Below, piece after piece: positions 1 through 13,423 of a DNA stretch of 64,000 bases. Each line of letters opens with the position of its first letter. The first letter of the stretch is position 1. This DNA is from Antedon mediterranea (Eukaryota > Animalia > Echinodermata), in contig NC_092677.1 of assembly GCF_964355755.1 (NCBI RefSeq), forward strand, positions 24,229,175-24,293,174. Direction: 5' to 3'. The notes beneath the pieces were generated by a model. The model was not told where the DNA came from and ran no database searches. It saw only the letters and a list, made by a program, of their open reading frames with translations. The translations under genes and the position numbers were made by a program.

Positions 1-49
1 CTCCAATTATGTTGTTCTCTTGCTCATAATCTAGTTGGTTAGATTGTCC

Positions 50-490
50 CTCTGGTTAATAGTACCAATAGGTTGTTCCTCTTGGTACTAACTACCTCAT
101 AATCTGTTTAATAGTACCAATAGGTTGTTCCTCTTGGTACTAACTAGCTCATAACCTGGTTAATACCAATAGGTTGTTCCTCTTGGTACTATCTAGCTCA
201 TAATCTGTTTAATAGTACCAATAGGTTGTTCCTCTTGGTACTAACTAGCTCATAACCTGGTTAATACCAATAGGTTGTTCCTCTGGGTACTAACTAGCTT
301 ATAATCTGATAAATACCAATAGGTTGTTCCTCTTAGTACTAACTACCTCATAATCTGGTTAATAGTACCAATAGGTTGCTCTACTTGGTACTAACTAGCT
401 CATATTCTGGTTAATAGTACCAATAGGTTGTTCCTGTTGGTACTATAACTAGCTCATAATCTTGTTATTTACCAATAGGTTGTTTCTCTT
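50..490. repeat. Intronic minisatellite, ~49-52 bp unit, about 8-9 copies, with an internal hairpin
   Basis: Repeating unit taatagtaccaataggttgttcctcttggtactaactagctcataatctggt; agtaccaa...ttggtact is an inverted pair within each unit. Confidence 0.9.
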
Positions 491-834
491 CATACTTACC
501 AGATCTGGACTGGTTTTGTACCATTAGGTAGTATAGGCTGGAATGGTTATTACCAAGACTACACAAATTATGAGCTGCTAAGTGATTTAGTTGATTAAAA
601 AGTGTGCATCTGGAGATTTTATCAGTGTATAAAATCAGAATAATAAAAAGGCCAACTCAGACAGCGTAGTACAACAATTCCCAGTTTGTTGGGCCTTGTT
701 TTATGACGCTGTCTGAGTTTACCTTTGCTCACATCTGTATTTACAGATTTAGTTTGATAATTGCTATGATTCAGTTGGTACATTGCTAACATATTGCAAT
801 AACTTATTTTGTGTTGTTTTGTTCTGCAATACAG

Positions 835-1351
835 AGCCGCCACCAGCTCATCTTAAAGAATCTCATTCTAACCATCACAATCACCATCGTGTTTCTCATC
901 ACAACTCTGACATGAACGTGCACATGGCGCACCAACATCACAGAATCAAAGAAGAGAAGTGGTCGAATAAACCAACTGATTACAGGAAAGAGGTCACTGA
1001 AGGTCATAGCGTATCACCACATTATAGGAATTCAATTATGACGCAAGAAGTAAGTTAAACGACAATCGTATTGTCTTTGGGTAGACTTTTCGATTGGATT
1101 GGTAGAGGTAAAACTCAGCCTTCTATCTAGTACTGTATGGATAAACTGGCTGCCCGTATCTATAGTATTATACTGAAACCCATCTTAACTATCATCAATC
1201 ATCATCATCTTAATTAAAAATATAAAACAATCTTATTCCTCCACTCGAGTAATTAGTATTATATCGGATGCGCTATGAACAGTGGGCAAGGCCGTTTAGT
1301 ACAAAGAACTTGCACATGCATGTTTACAATGAGAGTTTGCATCACAATTCT

Positions 1352-1387
<36 letters not shown>

Positions 1388-4300
1388 TTTTACCTACTTA
1401 ATATACAACACTTTTAACGTTATTCTTGTTTTTTTATTTTTGTTTCATTCGTTTTACCTTGCAACATTGACAAAATGGACGTGTAGATGTAGTAGACACT
1501 ATAATAGCCATATCCCAATACACTTCACCCGTAGATAAAGGCTCAACTAATTTCCTTTCTAAACAGATGGTGAATGATCTCTGTCACCCTTGACTGACGA
1601 GCGCCTACCCTTACACTAGGACCTTCTTCTCATAAAAGCAATTTCATTTTTGTTAGAATAATGTATTTTCACGTATATACAGTCGAAAACTGGAATCAGT
1701 CCAACAACCAAAATTGTCTAAAGGTAGCAAATTAACTCCTATTTCAAGATAATTCAGGTTTTATACTGTACAATTAGTCCATCTAGTGTATCCTTGCCTT
1801 GAATATTGATACATTTGAAGTTTAGTAGGATCAGAGGCAGAAAAATTGCAGAGCTATAAACAAAATACACAGCAGGATTTGCATTTTATTGTTAAAATCC
1901 TTTTTGGTGTAGCTCCAGATTGGGAACCTTGAGCCCGTATGTATTTAATCCTTACCTAGCACATGAGTCATGTAAAACGACAGTACGTGTTTCTTAGGCA
2001 ATTAAGTATAAACAGAATTATGTACAGAAGTCAACATATTTGTAGTATCAAATATTAATTTCACAATAATTGTGAATGTCTTTGTGAAATATTTTGGCAG
2101 GTGTCAAATGAGTACTAGCACGATGTCCACTTAAAATTGACTTAAAAAAAACAATGTCCACTAAAATATAATGTACATTAAAAACAATAATAAGATCAAT
2201 AATATACAATGTATACATAATAATATATAGATAATTCTGCTAGAAAATAACTAGGATAGGATATTAGATAGCTTAAGGTAATTTGGAGATTATAGACTTC
2301 TTCCTACATTTTTTTACGGTTATAAGCTACAGATTATGTTTTTTTTAAACATGCAAAATGTTCATAATGTTTTCTTGATATTTTTCAGTCTTCATCAAAA
2401 AGTGAACATCGTAATTCTGAAGAAAGGACAATGCGTGAGCATCTACTACGACAGGAACGACATATGGCAAAAAGGTATGCGCAGGAATACTGGTTATAGT
2501 AGTATGCTGGCTAGCGGCACTGAAACTGAGTGATATTCCAGTTACCTGGTTCGAATCTTAAAGCAATACTAGGATTATATCTGATGTTTGGATGTATGCT
2601 GAAATACGATTGGTGGTTAACATGCTTGCCTTCCAATCCCAAGATCCAGATCCAGAATTTTTACTCGTTCAACTCCACTCCCTAAGCTTCAAATGAGACT
2701 GTATACACCCTGGGCAAGTTACTTGCTGTTGGATGCGTATGAAAACACTTCAATATATTCTGGAAATTAGATTATTAAGCAATCTTTTATTTTGCTCAAA
2801 TGCCTACCAGCATGCCATAACAACAAGTGATCTCTTTCCAAGTATATAAACATAACATACTCATAGACCTTTACTCGTATAGCTAGTGGTGTCTGACATT
2901 CATTATTATTTAACACTTATACAATCTATTATTTTTTAATACGGCCTTCCTTCAAGTTTGGTAATCAATTTGTATCACCCAACACCCATACTAGATCACA
3001 ACCCACAGCAACTAAGACCGAAGTCTATTATTGAAATAAAAGATTTGATTTGTACGAATCTGTCGACACGCGGTTTAAGTGCCCAAATTGAAAGTCACAG
3101 CACGCGGAGAGCAGTAGGTCTGGAAGGGTTAACGATAGTTTTCCTGTGTGAACCTGTTTGGAACAGATGCAATGAATCAGATAGCGTCCAGGGGACTATT
3201 TCCAACATTAGACCACTATCGACAATTTGTCCACACGTGGTCAAATGCCAAGGGTATTTAAATAGCTATAAGTAGCAAAATATTTGATAAAACTAGCAAC
3301 AGTTCTTGTAAAAACTATCACAAACTACATATCACTTAATAAAAACAACTTCTTAAAAAGTTATCAGGCTGTCTGTTGAATCTGAAAACACAACTACTTC
3401 TCAGCTTTTCATTGGTATTTTTCCAATTAGGTTTTTTGACAAGTGGAATAAACATTCTAGTATTAAATCCTTATCAATTGGAAAATATAAAATACAGCAA
3501 ATATTCACACACTTTTTGTAAATATCATCCTCTATGTTTAGATATATTGTTAATATATTTAAAACTATGAGTTGGCAGTGCATTCATTTCTCTAGACTAG
3601 ATGTTACACTTTTAGAACACATTCACCTCTGGCGTGTCATCCATTCCATCATTTGAAATCTTTACTGCTAGAAAATAAATTCGATTTTGAGCAAATATTT
3701 TCTGATAATAATTTTTTTTAAAATATAAATTATGTCAATTTTTTTAACCTAAAATTGTTTGTTCTTTGCTCTTTTTTTTTTAAATGTGAAGACTGCATTA
3801 TGAAAAAATTAAGTCAATTGACATTTCTATATAAATGTATAGTACTAAAGTAATCATAAACATAATCAAATGAGGTATAGTAATCATACAATATGCGATA
3901 TTAATGATCTCGGTGTCGCTCTACTGGGAACATCATAATCTAAAAACATTAACTAGGGTAATTGGTTACCTAATATGTAACATAGGGAAAATTAACGGTT
4001 ATAGAATGACGAGAAAGGGAGATCAAAACTACAATTGTGTTGTTAAATCATAATTCCACAAAAGTGCAACATATCCTATGAACTATAACTGTAGATCAAA
4101 TGAGCGGTTTTTCACGCTGCTGCGCTAGTCCGCTACGTCCCATTAGGACTACTCAATCAGAAGCTAAAGCAAGCAGCAGTTATAGTTCTAAGGACAGACA
4201 GTTTTGTGAAAATGGAAACTCCACTATAATTTATTGATTCCAGCTGCTACAGTAGACCCAAAAAACGTCTGGGAAAGAGTCTATTAGGACATGTCATGCT

Positions 4301-7043
4301 AAAATTACAAATCTCTAATAAGCATTTCTGGTATATTCACTGTCAGTTTGTGTTTGTAATAGGATACTTCACAATTGAAATATCTAGGGTGATGAAGTGA
4401 CCCCCAGATTTGACCTTAGCAATAAAATTAACTAAAGTGACAGAAATTGAGTATTCACTTCTGTAACAAAAAAAATAATATTTATTCACATATAAAAAAA
4501 GAAAAGAAACCCAAAAACCATTGTCTGACAGACAATTTAAGTATTTGTTGCTTTAAATTACATTTTTTTCAGGTAAAATAACTATTATGTGACAATAAAA
4601 TGACACATTAAAAAACATTTAAAATAAAAAATATTTTTCAATAAGCGAGCAGCGTTTTTTGTAAGAAATATTTCTTGTTTATATATTATGAAAGCAGTGT
4701 TAGTTAGTACTCGCGTAATTATCAACCTTGAAAGTTGTCAAGATATTTATGATAATGTCAAAAGCAATATTGATAAATGTCAGATAAGTTACTAATTTAG
4801 AAATCATTTGATTTAGACCACTGAATATGATTAATATGAAGATTTTTTTTGTCTTTATATTTACGTTTTTATAATTCTAAAACAACATTTATTTGTGAAT
4901 TACTGTAATATGAGAACATGTTTCTTTTATCTTGTAGGCTTGAAAGAGAACGCGAACGTGAAAGAGAAAAAAGTAATTCAGAACATATGCGAAAGGTTCT
5001 TAGAGTTGATATACCAAGCTCTAAGCCACCACCTCTGATATCACCAAGCAAATCGAACCAGGAAGAACTTTTACGACAAAAGTTATTTGATCGTAGGACT
5101 GTAAATCATGTGCATCAGGTGGCTAATCAATATGAATATGACAGGTTACCGCCAAACAGCATTGAACCAACCGCACTTTCAAATAAACAGGCACAAAATA
5201 ATCACGATAGTTTATCACGTAGCCCTCACTTGCACAACTCGGATTCTGATAGAACCAACGCACCAGCTGATAAAGTAAGGCATTCTTATAAACCAGAGCG
5301 ACCGAACGCTACAAACTACCCATATGATTACCGTAAACAAAGAAACAATGAATTTGTACCGCAGCCTGTTAATAATTTCACGCGTTCGTGGATGATACCT
5401 GAAAATAACGTTTTAAGTAAATTAGATTTGGAAGAAAAGAAACGGCAAAAGTCGAGACAAATTGGAATTTATTTTACAAGTGACAGTGAATCAGATAGTG
5501 AGGAGGATGTGGAGGACAAGAAGGAGCGATACCGAATGAAAATGGAAAAAATATCTACCAAGTCATGCTTTCCGTTGGATAGGTCAAAAGATAAAATGAA
5601 TTTATTTTCAACGGTTGGACTTGTAACACAAAGAAAGAAAGAAGGTACTGTATACAGTGCATTTGAAGGGTAGAATACAATTTTGAAAATAAATAGTAAG
5701 GGTGCATATATTAAACTTTTAAGAGTATGGAGATAAAAGGGTTATGGAGATAAAGTTGAGACCAAAAATATGTAGTTTACAATGACCTAATTTTCTCGAT
5801 TCTGAGACATTTATATACTATTCTATTTTAGCACTTAAATCACAAAAACGCTTAAAAAGACGGATAATGCTACAAGAAGATTGCCTACCACCAACAAAGT
5901 CTCTTAAAATGGAAGAGCCAAAAGGAGAGTTGCCATCTCCACTACCGATCACGACATCTGAATTTGAATGTCAACCAGACTACAGGAGCAAATGTCACTT
6001 CTTTGGTGGTTTGTCGCTAGAAGTAGTTGTACCTGAAAGAAGGAAAGGTTAGTTTGTAGTTATTGGTTATTATTCTTTTCTGGATCATACCTGATAGTTG
6101 GATGGTTAGAAAAAATGTTGCTTGTGATAAGTTTCTCTCCATAGTCTATGCTAGGAAACTTTAGTAAGCAAACTTAAGCAAGCAAACTCTAAAGTTTTTG
6201 CAAGAAATGTTTTCCCAATGTTTTGCTTTTACAAACTTAGCATGAATTTAGCCACGCACCTTTCAGACAAACTGAAAAAGAGCCTTTGTGAGCCTGTGAT
6301 CCTGCAGGTGAACAAAATGACAGCCTCCAGTAGCTAGAGTAGACAGCACCACAAAACACGTTGGTCATGTCTACTAGGTGTAGACTTAAAGTGTGTAGCT
6401 GCTACCCTGACAAACAATAGTTGGTATCAATAGTGTTATAGGTATACGTCCAACATGTGTTCCAGAAAACGTAAACAAAACGAAGACACTTGTCCTTGAA
6501 TTACTGGGATAGAGTGACTCGTTTCTCTTGTTTTCCTCTGCATCAATTTTCACACAATTTCCACTTGTTTTCATTTATTTAAAAATCTGCCTTTCACTTT
6601 CTTAAAAGACAATGTGAATAGTAATATTTTTAGAAAGAATTCTACTGACCTATTAATTAGCATGGTATATCAATGTAAAACAACTTCTAATATATATATA
6701 TAAGCTGTTTTGTTTTTTAGTCTCATTCCAAAATTGTTTATATCTCTACCAAGCTACCTTCTTTGTTTTCTACTCTTATTCAGACTCCACCCTGGCTCCC
6801 TTTGTTATATTTCTTTTATTCCTGTCCACCCAGGCAGCACTTGCAGCTTTATACTATGACGTTATCCAAATTCCTTCACTTGCACTGATGAAGGGCTAGT
6901 GTTGCCCGAAAGCTCTGCTAACTTTTCTGGCTGTTTACTTTATCGTTTTGATTTAGCTTTTCGCTTTTTATTTTTGTATCTCCATTGAGATCCAGCCACT
7001 GATACCCACAGCATTGTCATTTTTTTCAGTAATTTGCCTTTGG

Positions 7044-7089
<46 letters not shown>

Positions 7090-10000
7090 TTGCACTGATG
7101 AAGGGCTAGTGTTGCCCGAAAGCTCTGCTAACTTTTCTGGCTGTTTACTTTATCGTTTTGATTTAGCTTTTCGCTTTTTTTTTTTTTATCTCCATTGAGA
7201 TCCAGCCACTGATACCCACAGAATTGTCATTTTTTTCAGTAATTTGTCTTTGGATATATATATATATATATATATTAATAAATATGCTGTATGGATTATT
7301 ATTTTATGATTGTTTTATGTAATACATAAAAGGCAAATATTACTGTAGCACAATGTGGTATTATTGAGGTTATACGAAAAGGGTGTGGCGAAATGTCAAT
7401 CATTTGTCATCCACATACATCATCGACATTTGATTCAACACCACGAGGGAGTTTATTCGTGATCTTGTTGACGTATCATTACAACTGCGCGTCCTTTCAA
7501 ATAGTGTCGACTTGCATTCTATCATTCTTAATTTTGTATTGTCTTCAGCTAGGTTATTTCTTTTTAACAACGTTTTTATTGTATTGCAGTAAATCTTATA
7601 AATATAATTGTCATGTATAGTATTAGTACATACATTTATAATTTTATATAGTTTCTGCTTCAAAATTTTATATAAAAGAATTTTATTGTAGAAAGAATTG
7701 TTCATTATAAATTTACTTTAAAAAAGAATTTTTTTTAAAGTTCTAGAGTTGTATTTTTCTGTTTTTAGCGATGGATAAAGAACAAGCGATAATTTTGGCA
7801 TACAGGGCCAAGAGAAGAGAAAATGAACTAAAGGCGAAGGAACAGAATAACAATGTAGATGTTTCTCAAAAGAAAACCGATCAGAATATTACAGGTATGT
7901 ATTTTTTTTCCCAACTGACTTGCGTGACAGTCTTGAATATAAATAAATTAAATATAATTTGGCCCTGTATGCCAAAATTATCGCTTGTTCTTTATCCATC
8001 GCTCAAAACAAGAAAAATACAACTCTAGAACTTTAAAAAAAATTCTTTTTTAAAGTAAATTTATAATAAATTAAATATAATGTACATTTAATATAAATTC
8101 CCAATTCTAACATTGTTTGTAGTATTACTGTTGATATTGCCTTGATAACCATCCACATACAGATTCAGATAAATTACTGTAAATGAATATCGTCTAACGG
8201 TGCGCGTGATATTCAATTCAATTCAATTCAATTCAACTTTATTTCAGACAAACTGTCCATATGAAACATATAAATACAATAAAAAAAATAAAAAATTAAA
8301 AAAAATAATACAAAACATTATGTGACAACCGTCATGGAGAGAGGACTAATAATTATTTGTTGACAAATAGTGCCTCTTAAAATACATGTGGATTATGTTC
8401 TGGGATTTGGATTATGTTTTGGGATTTGGATTATGTTTTGGGATTTATTGGATTGTATTCTATCGGCACGATTGACCGATATACAACAGAATTAGGGAGC
8501 ACATACCTTACCATACTGATAGAAAATTAGGTGCATGTTTTGCTTTGGCAATAGGAAACAATGAATTTCACATTGTTAACTGTGCCGATAGCACTAAACA
8601 AAATATTGACTATCTGCACAGTTTCTATAGTAGGAAATCTATTCCAGCTTTCCATGGCTTACATCAACACACATTATCAGCAGTACCTGTTCTCATTTCT
8701 CGTATCCAGGTTTGGGAGTTTGTAAATGTAGTGCTGTTGGGAGACTTACTTTTTCCACAGACTTCATCATTGTATTTTTTAAATATTTTTTTCAGTAGCA
8801 GCTGATGCTAAACAACCAGTGCAATCAAACAAACATGAATGTGAAAGTGACGGACCCACTTCAAGTCCACCACATTCCACAGCAAGTCCAGTTTTATCAA
8901 ACCCTAGCCCTCTTCTACAAATAGCGCCACCAAGAGATAACAAAGATGACAATGGTTTAAGCAATCAATACCAACATGGCAAAATGTTGCACGATAAAAT
9001 TATTCCTTCTTTGCGACACAAATCGAACAATATCATGCGAGACATTAAGAAAGAACAGTATGATCCTGAGGCTAGGGCGACGTTGAAGTACGGTCCAGAT
9101 ATGTTTAGACACTCGCCCTCAATTTCATCAACAAAACCAAAGACTTTGGCCGAACAATTTGTGCAAGAATTTCACCAATCTGTATTGAGGACAACCCAGG
9201 AGTCACTTGCTAATCAAAAGTCAGGTAAATAATGATTCAAACAAATATCAAAATAAATGGATAGTAAATGTATAACTGTAATGGTGGTTTCTGAGGGTCA
9301 GAGTTCAAAATGGAAATACATTTACTACTAACATTCATTTACTTCCTTTAAAAGCTGGGATGTACATCATAGGCCTAGCATACCCAGTCAAGTAGTCTAG
9401 ACACTGTTCACGCCCTGCTCAGGCTCTATAAAGTGACCCTGCTTAGGTCATATAGGAACTGACACTGCTCATCCTACACTTGAATGTTGCTAATTAGTAA
9501 TGACTTTTGTACAGTATTCCAATGATGCACTTGACCTAGAGAAAATTATATTAGCTGCAATTTTTTATGAAGTTGATTTATGTCTGATCTTGGATATCAA
9601 TCCTTGTTGACCTGTTCAAATACACACACGATTGAGTTCCTTTATTGGCAAAATGATTTTAAAATCCAGTTACTCTAATAAATGACCGTCTTTACACATT
9701 AAATATCTAAGTAACTAATTTTGCAGGCCAGAATTCGGTAGTTTATCATCCTAGAGCAGAGTCTCCGAAGACAAAAAGGCGGGAAACTGTGATCAACCTT
9801 TCTTCACAACAATCTGCGTCGTCCGCTGAAACAACGTTTAAAAAGGACCAGGAGCAAGAGTGCAGTAGAAGTGAGGATTCTGGCTTTAAATGGCCAGGAT
9901 TGGAAGTGCTGATGGAGGCCTACAGGAAACATATGAATGGTAGGCCTACAATATTTCCTAAAGCCTAGTGTACACTGGCAAACATTTGGCATTTGCCAAG

Positions 10001-10917
10001 AAAAGTTTTCTAATGTTGACAAACTTTGGGAAACTTCAGCAAACTGCAAAAAAATATGTTTTGCAAAAGCCTGCAGTTGGCAAATTTAGTTTTTATGATT
10101 TATTCATATAAATATAAACATAAGGAATACAAAATATGTTTTACAAATGTAATCAATAAATATTAGATATTATTTGAAACAATATGGTATATGGTATGTT
10201 TTCTTTTTTTTAGAACACAATATGGAAAAAGCTGTTTTGCATGAACAGATTTCTAAATTACAAGCACAAAACTCGGAGCTAATTAAAATAGCAGGGCAAG
10301 TCCAATCTAAAAAACAGGTAAGGCGGATATAGATACTTTTGCCACCAATGCACGGACATAACACCTAATTTTCCCTTTAATTGCGTGACTGATCTCCTGT
10401 CTCTCGAAGGTGAAATTTCTCTATGTTTTGGCACAACATAAATTTTCCTGATACTTAATATTTCCAAGTCGGGACCTCTGTGTAATTAAGGCTAGGCCTA
10501 TAGCTAGCATACAATGTTCGTATATTACCGATGTTTACCAGCTAGGCCTACAAAACTAAGCCTTGCTAGGCTAGGCCTAAAGACCGTCCACAAGAGAACA
10601 TTCACCGCGAGCTACTTAATTAGTCCATTGTTTCTCTCTTTTTATCTTAATTTACCATAAAACGTAATGAATGACCTGGTTTCATGTTTTTAAAGTAATA
10701 TATATGCATTATTTTTACAAAACGTCACAAATTGTAGGGAATTGGCAGCTGACTGCGTAAAAATATTTTTATCAAATACAGTCATCATGTTTAATTTTAT
10801 TTTATTTAGGATGTGGAGGGAGAACATCGAAGACTTGAAAGAGATCAGTATAGACAATTACAAGAGTTACACCAGTTGAAACGATCTACCAGGGAATGCG
10901 CAGACCCTCGCAGCTGA
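835..10917 (+). CDS. GSE1: GSE1-like coiled-coil protein (genetic suppressor element 1), 3' part; 5' exons lie upstream of the window
   Basis: GT-AG exons with consistent phases: 835-1049, 2389-2474, 4938-5644, 5832-6047, 7769-7894, 8796-9224, 9727-9939, 10214-10317, 10810-10917 (TGA). The translation has an RE-repeat (LEREREREREK), KRLKRRIML, QFVQEFHQSVLRTTQ and the C-terminal KWPGLEVLMEAYRKHMNEHNMEKAVLHEQISKL coiled coil, which resemble GSE1 motifs as I recall them. Confidence 0.82.
6882..6918 (+). ncRNA. Minimal type I hammerhead ribozyme motif, copy 1
   Basis: GCA-CTGATGA-A-GGGC(tagtgtt)GCCC-GAAA-GC-TC^-TGC: intact core, 4-bp stem II, palindromic AGCT in place of stem III, GCA/TGC stem I. 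Confidence 0.75.
7092..7128 (+). ncRNA. Minimal type I hammerhead ribozyme motif, copy 2
   Basis: Identical to 6882-6918, 210 bp downstream. Confidence 0.75.
7704..8067. repeat. ~108-bp inverted repeat (7704-7811 vs 7959-8067) overlapping a GSE1 splice acceptor and exon start
   Basis: gcgatggataaagaacaagcgataattttggcatacagggccaa recurs as its reverse complement ttggccctgtatgccaaaattatcgcttgttctttatccatcgc, and the match continues through the upstream intron sequence. Confidence 0.92.
8211..8265 (-). mobile_element. Probable 3' tail remnant of a CR1/L2-type LINE
   Basis: The minus strand reads ...tgtctgAAATAAAg followed by (TTGAA)5. Confidence 0.45.
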
Positions 10918-11574
10918 ACTAATAAATATCATTGATAATATTTTTATGGAATTGTGTTAAACTTGTTGTATGGTAGACACATCTGTAAATTGAACTATAT
11001 TTGATCACGCCAAGTTATAGAAATTAAATCTTGTTAATAAAAAAAAACTTAATTTAAACATTGAAATAATAATTTAAATTATGACTGTGGTAAACGTTAA
11101 TTTATCAATTTTTTATTCATGGACCAAATTGATAAATATTTTGACTAGAGCATTTACATGGAATTATAAATACTAGGTCTAGGATAGGGAAGTATTGTGG
11201 GTATTACAACTGATTATTATGGGTCAAGATTGTTAATGCTTTCGCGTATGTTTCGTCTTTCATCTGTATTCATAAGTTTAAAAGAAGTTGCAACAAATGA
11301 CACTGTAGTCCTCTACACAGCATTTGGTAATTTATTTGTATAAGATTTCGTTCCCAGTTTTTTTATCCAGTGTGTGGTTTTGTTTTAGATGCAATTGAAG
11401 CTGTTAAGGCCAATAGTGTTACACTATTATTTCTTATCTTTTATTGTACAGTTTGGTGTTTGAACAATCTATGTAAATCAGAAATATTGTGTAATGTTAA
11501 TATTTATTTTTAACCCAAAGGGTATGAAAAAAAATTTATATAACCTCAGGTAGTAAAGTGAGGACTGTATCATC

Positions 11575-11650
11575 ATTATCATTATCACACTAATCATGGT
11601 CACACTAATCATGATCACACTCATCATGATCACACTAATCATGATCATAT
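11575..11650. repeat. 15-bp tandem repeat (atcatgatcacacta) in the probable GSE1 3' UTR
   Basis: About 4-5 visible tandem copies. Confidence 0.75.
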
Positions 11651-12946
11651 TAATTTTAATATTTGTTCATGTTCTTCTCGTGTTTTTTTGATCAATTGTA
11701 AATCTGAATCTTAAAAAATTCATTTGAGAAGTTCTTCTAATGTTGTATTTATTGTCTGCCCAGGCACAGACACGTGCCTTCCTCTTTTATACAAGTTAGT
11801 GAAACAATTTTAGGTAGAGAAGCTAGCTATGGACTGACTGAACTATTCAAAGCTTTTGTGATTTAGTGTTTGGTCTTGGCAAAATTACACCAGATTCTCT
11901 ATTGTATTTCCACATATGACATTATCTGTCCAGTGCCATGATCAAATTCTGTAATACAATGTTTAGGTTAGGGTTATGGCATTTCACATGTGACACTGTA
12001 TTACAGAATGATGACTAGATACTCGTGGATAATCATTGGTCAACAACAATTTTTTTGGATTAATTCACTTAATTTTTTAGGTTACAAATTGTTTTGTTTA
12101 TCATCTCATGGTGCATATTGTGTTGTCATTGAATGCCATATCAATTTTCGTAAGTGCCTGATACGCGCCCCACATTGAGCCCAACAATTTAAACTTTTCA
12201 TGTGTTCATTAATTTTAAATTTACATGGTTCATATACAGTACACCAAACGGCAAACTTAATTAACTCTACTTTTTGTAAATAATTAAATGTAATATTTGT
12301 TCTCTTTAAAAAAAATATTTTCACAAATGTATGTATTTTGTTTTATACGTTGTGTGCTAACCAGAAGTGGGAATCTTTCTTAGTAAAACTTGTAGTTGGT
12401 TCAATTCACTCAGGGCTCAATCAATTGAGGGAAAATATCTAAATATGATCTGCTTTATAACGTGTGCTAAAATATGAATTTGTATAAATAACTATGTAAT
12501 CAAGTTAAAAAATATAAATTAAATCTGAATTAAATTATTCAAAAGGTGAATCAAAGTTTATTCAGTCCTTAAGAAGTAGGTTTTAATACTCTTAAACAGG
12601 GTTAGATATTGTTGTGTAATTTTGTAAATATCACTTTTTAAAAAGTACTAAGATTTCATCATTTTGTTTTAAAATCCCTGAGAAAATACCTCATTAATTT
12701 AGAAAATAAAACAATCGAAATACTAAATATGAATATTAATAAAACATTTTAAATTTTCCTGCAAAACGTACATGTACGTATTACAAAACGTATGTGCTGA
12801 AATATCAGCAAAACAGTACATCTTTGCAGACAAATTTACCTTGTTCGCACAACTGGTACCGATATGGAATTTATTTTCTTTTGTTGACCAAAAGAATCTC
12901 TTCAAATTGTCCTTATCTTATGCCAATTGATAACATGTCCTTGTTA

Positions 12947-13205
12947 CAGTAGAATCCCTATTAAGTAGATACACTCAGGACCTAAGAAATTGTCCCCTTA
13001 ATAGGAGTTTCCCCTTAATGGGTGTGTCCCCTTAATAGGAGTGTCCCCTTGATAGGAGTGTCCCCTTGATAGGAGTGTCCACTTGATAGGAGTGTCCCCT
13101 TGATAGGAGTGTCCCCTTGATAGGAGTGTCCCCTTGGTAGGAGGAGTGTCCCCTCAATAGGAGTGTTCCTAATCGGGGTTTCCCCTACTAGGAGGGATTC
13201 TACTG
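12947..13205. mobile_element. Tc1/mariner/pogo-type MITE with an internal 17-bp tandem array
   Basis: TIR CAGTAGAATCCC...GGGATTCTACTG flanked by TA on both sides; interior is (aggagtgtccccttgat)n. Confidence 0.8.
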
Positions 13206-13423
13206 TAATACCAATTATATAGTTAAATACAGTGCAAAAAAAATTCAGTATTTATACTGTTATAACATGATTAACAGTTTTTTAAGAAAAATAATTTACA
13301 GTATCCCTTCCCTTTAAAAATAGCAATATAATAATTATGACCAATCAATGATTGTTATGACTGTTGACCAATCAGAAAAGGTTGCCGAGTCAAAACTTGA
13401 AGTATCTTCAATTTAATATATAT

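Larger units (their letters stand above)
6703..7275 (+). mobile_element. Penelope-like terminal-repeat or retrozyme-like element: two tandem ~170-bp modules, each followed by (TA)n
   Basis: 6880-7047 and 7090-7255 are near-identical (210-bp period). Each starts with a hammerhead core and ends in a TA microsatellite. A third copy is inverted at ~33493-33657. Confidence 0.65.

Noticed and set aside
50-490. CRISPR-like hairpin repeats
   Set aside because: Pure tandem repeat with no variable spacers.
2490-2870. Possible old SINE fragments (ggttcgaatc, ccctgggcaag), also ~9290-9470
   Set aside because: Too degenerate to delimit or assign by eye.
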